The notes beneath the pieces were generated by a model. It saw nothing but the letters and a program-made list of their open reading frames with translations. It was not told the origin of the DNA and ran no database searches. Below, one piece after another: positions 54,861 to 64,000 of a DNA stretch of 64,000 nucleotides (the first letter of the stretch is position 1; each line of letters begins with the position of its first letter). The DNA is from Oopsacas minuta (taxonomy: Eukaryota; Animalia; Porifera). The stretch is taken from NCBI GenBank assembly GCA_024704765.1, contig JAKMXF010000077.1, positions 832,516-896,515 on the forward strand. Direction: 5' to 3'. Position numbers and translations under genes: made by a program.

Positions 54861-55208
54861 AAGGTTCATCAAGGCGTATGCGTCACGCTTACAGCCGCAC
54901 GCATTTAATCAAATGTAGGCCTAGGCGTGTCAAAATTCGGATAAGACCCCATACCGTAATATTATAGGTATACTGGAGGCGAGCGTGAAATCACTTAGGG
55001 GAATATTTTAGGCATTGGTACAGAATGGCTGGATGAACCTTGAGCATACACTGTACTGGGATTTTTTTGAAATAAACACAACTATTGTATTTCAATCATA
55101 TATATATATATTTATATATATATACAGTCAAGGGACAAAAGTGTTCGACCACACAAATATATTGTCATAAATTGTATACTCTATCTCGTTCCTATATATC
55201 GTGTAGTC

Positions 55209-57671
55209 CAGTGCTTCTCAAACTTTTTTATGTCGCGGCCCCAAAGTTTCTCCATTACAATTCCACGGACCCCTGCTTGTTGGTCTCATTTTTAGTAAAT
55301 ACAATTTGTTTTTATTATTGTATTCTATCAGTGTTAAGTAGTAAGAGGTATATTGTGATATAATTATAAGATCAATTATACTAATGAGAACTGTGTGCTT
55401 GCTTCGATTTGACGAGCTTATCTAGCCTCGGTTCGATTGATGAAAGTGCCACACGTAGTGGAGATCTGACATCCAGAGAATTCCTATATTTTGTTTTGAT
55501 AATGCTCATTGTTGAAAACCCCATTTCACAAAGGTAAGTAGATGGAAAGGGTAGAATTCTTTTCAGGGCCAACTCACTAAGTTCTGGATATTCGGGTCTA
55601 ACCTTTATCCAGAATTCAGCGAGTGTTATTTCGCTGTAAAAAATATTCTTTAATCCTTGATCTCCTGCCAGGTCTAATAATTTGTCTTCTAAATGAACAT
55701 TCAACTCGTCCTTCAATTGCAAAAAGGGATTACAGATCCAACCGTTTCCTTCTCTAGGATCTTGTTCTTTCGGGAAGTAAAATTCAAAGCGCTCAGCTAG
55801 TGATTTCAAATGTTCGGTGATAATATTCGCTAGAGAAGTCGCATCAAGTCCACTTTCACAATTAATTATTTCCGATAAATTTGGAAACATGTCGTAACAA
55901 TCTCGAGAGACTCGATGTTGCCATGCAGCTAACTTTCTTTTAAAACCGTCAATCTTGTTAGCTGGTGCAAAATTAATTGCCATCCTACCTTACATTGATC
56001 TGTTTAGCTCATTAAGCATTGAGAATATATCAGACAGATATGTCAGCTTTGTATTCCAGTTTACATCTTGAAAATTTTCAGCCCATTCGGGTTTTTTATC
56101 AAGCAGAAATGTTGTTAGTTCGTTTCGGAGCTCAAAAACTCTTGATGACACTTTTCCTCTGGATAGCCAACGTACTTCAGCATGCAAGAGCAGTTGTATA
56201 TGGTCAGCTCCCATCTGATCACACAAGGAAGCGAATAAGCGAGAATTCAGAGCGTTCGCTTTTACATGGTTGACAACTTTGACAACTTGACATAATACAT
56301 CATTGAGTTCCTTTGACATCTTCTTTGTTGCTAAGTTTTCTCGATGAATAAAACAGTGTGTTGGGTCGCAATCTGGTGCTACTTCTTTAATTTTTGCAAC
56401 AACTCCAGAATGTCGTCCTGTCATTGCAGCAGCACCGTCAGTACATACACCAACACAAAACTTCCAATCTAATCCTGATTGATCAACGATATAGTTATTC
56501 AATCCATCAAAAATTTGAGAACTAGTGGTATTTGTAGGCAATGATATCGAACATAAATACTCTTCTTTCACATCACCACAATGTTCAAAACGAACATATA
56601 ACAACAAAATCGCCAAATTTGCTACGTCAGTAGATTCATCAAGCTGCAAAGAATACCATTTGGCTGATTTTATTTGTTCGATCAGCTGTTCCTCCATGTC
56701 GCAAGCAAGATCGATCACTCTTCTAGCAACAGTGTCGTTTGACAGTGGAACCCGCGCAGTTATCTTTGCTACAGATTCTCCCAACATTTCTCGGCATACA
56801 TCACCAATGCAACCAACCAGAAGTTGTTCCCCAATTATGTATGGTTTTTTTGCCTTTGCAATACGTAAAGATACCTTGTAAGAAGCTCTTAATGCTGAAA
56901 CATTTGTGTGAGATGAAACATACATTTGTTTCTGGCAGCCTGTTAATTCGTCGCGCTTTCTCTTAAAAAACTCAACTGGTTTTGAGATCAGCTCCTTGTG
57001 CTTCGTTTGTAAATGTTTACTGAGCTTTGAAGGCTTTAAAGCTTCATTGGACAAAACCTCGCCACATACAACACACTGAGGCTTCTGTAATCCATCTTTG
57101 AATATAGAAGTAAAACCAAAACGAATGAATGAAATGTCGTAGTTACGGATTTTCGTACAACCTCTTTTGCCCAGTTTGTCGGATTTATCAATTAACTCAT
57201 CTTCATCAGATCCCGAAATCTCTTGAGAATCTGTATAGAGTCTATTACTCTTAGTTAGATAAGTATCCAATTGTCCTCGCTTTCGTTTGGCCATAAAATT
57301 CTTTTCAACGATACCAAATTAATAACTAAAATATTAATAGATATTAGCAAAGGTACGATCAATTTAAACAATATCAATGGAAGCTCTACCTACTCTTAAA
57401 AGAGGATGATTGTTTGTATTTAACGCTCTATGTTATATGTTTGCAGGGTGACATAATTCTAAATAGCATTCAAGGAAGTGGAATAAGTGGAATTTGTTTA
57501 CAATTCGAGGAAAGCGAAAGGAATTCAGATATTATCGTAGAAGTTGTGTGGAGTAACTAAAACTCTAATGAATAAAATTTCGTAAATCACTTTCCATAGC
57601 CATTCCGCGGCCCCTTTGCAACCCCCTCGCGGCCCCCTGGAGGGCCGCGGACCCCAGTTTGAGTACCACTG
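55209..57671 (-). mobile_element. Buster-family hAT transposon, 2463 bp, structurally complete
   Basis: TIRs cagtgcttctcaaact / cagtggtactcaaact. Perfect 8-bp TSD GTGTAGTC (55201-55208 and 57672-57679) with a central TA. Confidence 0.95.
55381..57294 (-). pseudogene. Buster/ZBED5-like transposase, 637 codons, one in-frame TAA
   Basis: ORFs 55990-57294 and 55381-55983 are in the same frame (RSM*GRMAIN). BED finger, LQLDESTD, CTDGA, HCFIH, EVRWLS and STYLCEMGFS are all intact. Confidence 0.92.
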
Positions 57672-59499
57672 GTGTAGTCTATATTCGTAGCTACAATCCA
57701 GTAATTTGCATAGAATGACATATGTTTTTCAAGAATTTCAAAAAAATATTTTCGATTTACACTTTTTGAAGGTGTTAATTATTCATAATCATTAGATAAT
57801 TATCGATAGTCAAAATGTGTGGTAATTCAAAACCTATTAAGAATCTATAATTTCTGACTTGATATTTGAATTCTACGTAGTCGAGTTACCCCAGATTAAA
57901 TTTTCAATGGGATTGAACTATTCTTGCCAAAGTTATAGTAGAATTTCAATTTGTGCCATTTGTGCCACCTTTTGCCCAAGGTGGCACAAGTGGCCGCTAC
58001 CAAGAGGTTATTTTGTAATTCAAGGGTTAACATAGTCATATCATTCGAAAATATTAATTTTGATTTATTCCTCCTAACCCTAGTTGATTTCCTTGCAGTG
58101 GCGCTTTTCCTACTACCTGTGCCACCTTGGGCAAAAGGTGGCACAAATGGCACAAATTGAAATTCTTCTATAACTTTGGCAAAAATTGTTCAATCCCCTT
58201 GAAAATTTAATCTGGGGTAACTCGCCTACGTAGAATTCAAATATCAAGTCAGAAATTATAGATACTTAATAGGTTTTGAATTACCACATATTTTGACTAT
58301 CAATAATTATCTAATATTGATTAATAATCAACATATTCAAAAAGTGTAAATCGAAAATATTTTTTAGAAATTCTTGAAAAACATATGTTATTCTATGCAA
58401 ATTACTAGATTGCAGCTACGAATATAGACTACACGATATATAGGAGCGGGAAAGAGATACAATTTATAACAATATATTTGTGTGTTCGAACACTTTTGTC
58501 CCTTGACTGTATATATATACGATTTCCATACTCCTTAGCTGCATATTGATACACTTTGCTTTTGCAGTTAACTGCGAATTTCCATGCGTCCATGGAATCC
58601 CTAGACGGTATTTTTTCTCAATTTTAGACATTTATCTTAATTACGATTATTAATTTTATAGCCCAACTATAATTACTATAATATGTGAAGTAATATATTC
58701 ACCCCCCTCCATCATGTTTACGACATAATAATCCATCAATGTCAGAAGCCTTATTTATGCGTGCAGGGAATCCCTGGACAGTAATTTTCTCCTTTATTTT
58801 GACATTTTTCTCAAAGACAGTACTATTTCTAGCATCTAGTAATAATTTATTAACTATATTTTGACTATTCTGAGTATATTCCAGTATAGATCCCAGGATT
58901 TAAATCTGTACCGATTATATTCTTTATTAATTACATAAAGTAGAACATGTTGAAAAAGGCCACGCAGCATTAGTGGAGGGTGTAGCGAGCGAGCCGAATT
59001 TTATGGGTACTCACTTTGGAAGTGTCCAGAGGAATTTGCACAGTGTCGAAGGACGGTCGAAAATGGTGTTTTAAGTATGCATGCAGCAAATTCGATTTAT
59101 TCACAAGAAATTTTGTCTAGAAATTAGTAATTCGTTTTGATGAATCGATTGGTGTTGTCAAATGTAAATTTGGTCAGGGGATAGGATAATTAATTAATCT
59201 ATTGTCATAGCGAAGTATATTTGTTCAGATAATATTAAGTTTGTGCATTTTTCCCCGAACAAATCCATTCTTGACATTTAACATTACACAAAGTCTATAT
59301 CTACAAACTGCATCCAGATCGAAATGACGTCGTGAATGAGTACGAAACAATTATGTTAACAAAATGCTCCAATTTAAAAATTCTGTAAAGAAATAGCTGT
59401 GACCTTTATAGTAACAAAATCAACATATTTTGTTCTAATGTGGTAAAATATAAATAATTTATTATGACTAAATTGGCACGTTTTAGAGTTATTGTAGTG

Positions 59500-60250
59500 A
59501 CCATGGATAGCATATTTGGTCCATTTTTTCTCATCAAAAACAATTTTTCTTCGCGCAATAGGAAGAATCGCTCAAGGACCTTTCCTTTGCTAAGCCAGCG
59601 AACTTCACAGTAGTAAATTTGGTTTTGTATTGTTTCTAATTCTTGCAAGTATTCCCGAAATTGTTGATGTTTGAATCCCTTGGCACGGATTTTATGACAA
59701 CTTTTACGACTGCATCCATCCTATGATCCATCTTGAATGCTTTTCCACACAGAGCCTCCTGGTGAATGATACAATCGACAGTAAGGACTAGTTGTTCGTG
59801 CTAAGTAGATGCCCGTGCTTCTTAATTAGAGCTGCTGCGCTATTTTCCCTTACTTGTCCCAGAGAGTGCCCCATCTGTTGTGATACCTGCAAGCTGACTC
59901 CTTTATATCTCATAAATTCTCGTAGATACAATATTCATTTCAGCTTCCACTATATTACAATCCTTAGTAATATCGTCAAGTTTCCCATATCCTGGATCCT
60001 TTATACAACAGTGTTCCTACTATGGCTGTCCATCTGGAAAAGCTTCTTTTATCAGGAGTGAGAATCTCTGCAGCTTCTATTATGCATTTCTTTGCAAATT
60101 AATCGTCGGAGAAGGGTTTTAACCTCAGAGCTATATTCTGAGAAATGACATCGCTAGCCTTAAGTAATACTCTTTGTACAAATCAAACGGGAGAATAATG
60201 CAATGTTTTCCATGATTACTCGATCATGTCAACATTTAAGATTTCTAAAT
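59500..60250 (-). mobile_element. Fragment of a Buster/GTF2IRD2-like hAT transposase
   Basis: Traces TDGA, CIIHQEALCGK and YYCEVRWLSKGKVLERFFLLREE. Confidence 0.65.
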
Positions 60251-60367
60251 CAAAGGTAGACTATACAAGAAAACAAGGTGAATCATGATTCCTTAAGGCT
60301 TAGTTGCTTGGTGTGCCTCAAGATCCTTGCGGGCCATAGGTTTGATATGCCTGGTGTACAAGTACAT

Positions 60368-60854
60368 TAGGGTTTGGAACTTTCCGACAATGAAAGATAT
60401 CCGGATATCGGATAGTTTTCATTCAGATATCCGGATATCCGTTTTACAGTAATACTTTTTCCAGTGTGTTATTAGACTCACTTTATGCCTGGATTGCATG
60501 GATACTATGCTAATATATGAATTGATTATGAAGAATAACTGAAATATAAGAATGACTAATATTCATTTGTTAACTAAAGTATTATATTTGATCTAATCTA
60601 TTTTCTTGAAGTAGCTTTTCAGGAAACATAATGTATCTATTATATCGTCACCTAGCCGGGATCGAATCTTGGTGATAAATAGACCTGCAGCAGAAATGCT
60701 CTTTCAGATTCCACGCTTGTTGGAAGTATTGAATCTAAGGCATTTAGGAGTAGATTGAGGCGTTTAGACTACGATTTACAAACGATATATGGATGCCAAA
60801 TTATCCGGATATTCGACCAAATATTATCCGGATATTTCCGGATTCCAAACTTTA
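60368..60854. mobile_element. hAT-type MITE with subterminal ATCCGGAT palindromes
   Basis: TIRs tagggtttggaa / taaagtttggaa. Perfect 8-bp TSD AAGTACAT (60360-60367 and 60855-60862). Confidence 0.88.
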
Positions 60855-62869
60855 AAGTACATATATATGATCAATTACAAGGGCGGTGGACGCACGGGGG
60901 CTATAAGCCCCCTACTTTTGAATTAGGGGGCCTGACCTCACTACTTACCCCTCATATACGTATATTATACTAATTTAAATAATACTAGTAAAGGATATTT
61001 CAGCAACTATCTGCGTTAATGAGTGTTTTAGCATCTTTATTTTACTATAATTGAATTTGATTAGAAACCACTGTTAGTTTTATTCATATTGGGTTAATTT
61101 AGTCTTACTTAGACCAATACAATCAAGTTTTGTGACATTCTTTCGAAGGAATTAACGTTGCAGTGTTCGGTATTTATACATAGTTCGAAATTGAAGTCTA
61201 TTTATAATTGTCCCGCAATTATCAATTTATGTATCAAAATTGAAATGTACTAATCATATTATTTCATATTATGGTTGATTATATCACGAATAAATATTTG
61301 GACTATTGGTTGTATTATATTATATCCATGTAGAGTATAGATGATAATTTTAATTGTACAGGCAAACTTGTGTATGCCTGCCACCGAAGGGAAAGCGGCC
61401 GTTATATACATATGGCCGCTGTAAAGATGTTTACTATTATACACTATCGTAGCAGTAACTATATGATATTGGATTTCTCACGGATTCATGACTTTCAGAC
61501 GGATTCTAAAGGATTCTTGAAAATCTGGGGGGCATTTGCGCACAATATTTGTGCAAGTACGCAATTAGCGAAAGAGTGTCCTGAAATCCACATAATCTCC
61601 AATTATAAGTTTCATTAACCAATATTCCAAACTAATCGAATCAAAACCCCATTCACCAAGTGGATATCGATGTAAAATACCCAATTTGACAACCAGCAGG
61701 TGGTCAGACATCCATGAGCTATAATTACACTAGTCCAAGGTAAAAGCTCGTGCAACTTTTGTGTACAGATATATTGTACACAAATGCATTGTACTAGCTT
61801 TAGAGACAAATGTCTCTCTTCAGAAAAATAGTACTAGATATTTTAGAAATTATTTCAAAAATATAATTGCAATCTGTCCTCCTAGTTTCAGAAGACTTCC
61901 TTATGATAAACAACTCTTATAATTTACATAAGCTAATAATAGTTTCGTAAACATTTTCACAAAAAAGGTCACCAAACTCAAGGATGTGACTAATGATGAC
62001 ATTCACAACTTGAATAGACATTGTGTCAGTACCATATACAATAAACACTTGATTATCAAATTTCGAGTTTCTAACGATATTTGTCGAATTTTACACTCAA
62101 GATGGATAGTCAATAATTATTTGATGGGCACAATGAATGAATTATCTTTTCTAATCCGTTCGATGGAAATTATTGAAGAGGAGATGTAAACTTGTACCTG
62201 GGAAAATGACGCTAAGGATTGAAAATTTATTCTTATCCGAGACTTGAGATATCGATTGATTCATGATGGGAAGGAAAGTTATGGTGAATAATTTCAATAA
62301 TTTGGATATTTTACTGATACATAGATCATCATAGAGGGTGGTTTATAGTTGCAAAATATTTTGGAGAATACTAGTTTTGGTAGTAACTGATATATGATTC
62401 TTGCACCTAAAACCCAGAGCATTAAGCGTCCTCATTGTTTGAAGTGAGCTATCGCTCCCCACTCCCGCACTAAAAGGCGAGAAGCCCCCACCTCCGCTCC
62501 CTCAACATGTTGTCAGAGGTAACTGAGTGGATAGAGTCCGATTTTGAGAATTTCAGAGTCTGAAAGTTACAAATTCATATAGTTTACATATGAATAATCA
62601 TATTTTCACACCTTTCGCATAATATTCAAAATCATGCTATAGATTTCGTTTTAACTGCTAGTAAAAGGTAATCGAGTATGTAGATTCCAATTTTTGGGAA
62701 GTTTTAAATCTATGTCTAAATGATTTATCATGTGATTGATAATATTTTCATAGCTCTTTGCATATTATTCAATATCGTGGTACTTTCCTTTTAAATTCTG
62801 TTAGGGGTAATAGTAAGGGCAGAGGTACTAGCAGGCTAAATCGTGAAACTGATTAATTAGTTTCATTAT

Positions 62870-63450
62870 TCACTAGTGCGCTTCGCTTGCTCCTGATGCG
62901 CGGCTTGCGAACACTCTGTGTTTGCATGGAGCTCAGCACTTCTTGCCTCGAAATATGAAAAGAATACAAGTAGCAACATGTTTACAATTCCCTGGTGATA
63001 CATTCATATTTGGAATCACCGTACCTGATTACCCAAGTTTAACAGTTGAAAACAAGTTTCTAACATTAACTTGAAATTGTTACTTAAACAAATAAACAAC
63101 AACTAATATTCACAATATGTAGTTGAAATAACATATTTGTATTCAGCATACTTGATCACTCCTATTTTATCTGTTGAGAAGAAGTCTCTAATTATATTTT
63201 GAGATTTCAAGTATTTGTTTACTTTATTTTAATGAAAACAAGGAATATATTTACATATGGTTGATTCGAAAGTGTTAAAATTCGAATCAGCATGCCCGAG
63301 TACCTCATAATCACTTTTGGAAGCATGATTCTACCACAATTTTGAAATTTGTTTACTTTATGTACCTAAAAGTAAACAAATATTCACGATATTTTGCTAA
63401 CAAAATATATTAAGAATCAGCAGAGCGCATGCTGGAAACCTGATTTTCCT
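62870..63450 (+). repeat. Helitron-like non-autonomous repeat, same family as about 20235-20790
   Basis: Starts TC-ACTAG with shared internal blocks. Right boundary is approximate. Confidence 0.45.
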
Positions 63451-64000
63451 CATATTTCTTAGATGAATACGTTGTTTATCGTTTCAATAATTCTGTAGTT
63501 ATAAATTGATTCATTTCCGTATTGCAGGGGTCCCAAAACAAGTTCGTTGAGGGCCATTTGGATCTTTTAAGGTTAGATTGAGAGCGGCAAATTTTGATAT
63601 AATTTCCCTTGAGATATATTCATTCATATTGTACGGAATTCATAACAATTATCTGACTAATACCTTACAAACTGAACTTTATAGTTAAATATATATGATC
63701 AATGTTCTTTTCATTGCTTAATATCTCTCATAGGCAAACCTCAATTCTAGAGAAGAAGTTATCAACCAATTCAAAATAAACACTTGTTCACTTCAATCGT
63801 TTATTTGACCGGCTATCCTTATAGCTAGAGAAATAGACTTGTTATTATTCCAAAGTATAGTGTTGGTGGATCACGAAATTATAAAATATGTGTGATGACA
63901 AAATTTTCCATTCGTGTCAACTATAATGTGCAATTTGGGTGCCTTCTCAATACTATTGAGGATAGAGGATTATGAATTACACAATTTCTTGTAAAAATTT

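Larger units (their letters stand above)
55125..58509. mobile_element. Foldback-like Tc1/mariner MITE (about 395-bp inverted arms, about 130-bp spacer) in a (TA)n tract; left arm split by the Buster
   Basis: CAGTCAAGGGACAAAAGTGTTCG at 55125 and its complement ending at 58509. Arm 55125-55208 plus 57680-57988 mirrors 58118-58509. Confidence 0.9.

Noticed and set aside
24380-55992. Several transposase stops fall at expected Gln positions (M*D near 24386, GSL*AK near 46997, SM*GR at 55990), suggesting a TAA/TAG=Gln genetic code
   Set aside because: Nup85, MED14 and several transposases end at TAA at the expected positions, and other premature stops replace Leu, Trp or Lys. C>T transitions at Gln codons explain the pattern.
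57896-58160. Overlapping ORFs on both strands (85 aa and 69 aa)
   Set aside because: They arise from the palindromic arms of the foldback element and have no protein motif.

Overview
AT-rich eukaryotic genomic DNA, most likely an invertebrate animal. An early-branching metazoan such as a sponge is my guess from the transposon repertoire, not something the sequence proves. Two host genes are recognisable: an uninterrupted Nup85 ORF (52024-53997) and the 3' part of a probable MED14 (34745-35496). Most of the remainder is nested, mostly decayed cut-and-paste DNA transposons: three mariner (DD34D), three maT-like (DD37D), one DD37E Tc1, seven hAT transposase-bearing elements or fragments, two Chapaev3-like elements, several MITEs and Helitron-like repeats. 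The most notable feature is a pair of RAG1-core-like (Transib/RAG1L) transposase relics at about 8.6-12.3 kb that the ORF track misses. They face each other, and each has a CACAGTG (RSS heptamer) at its one visible end. One carries a Cys/His C-terminal tail resembling that of invertebrate RAG1-like proteins, with no room for a RAG2-like gene. Also notable are hATs with 5-bp and 7-bp target duplications, a Buster transposase inactivated by a single stop codon, and two near-identical defective mariners. No retroelement, rRNA, tRNA or CRISPR array was recognised. All alignments were done by eye and family names come from motif recognition, not database searches.
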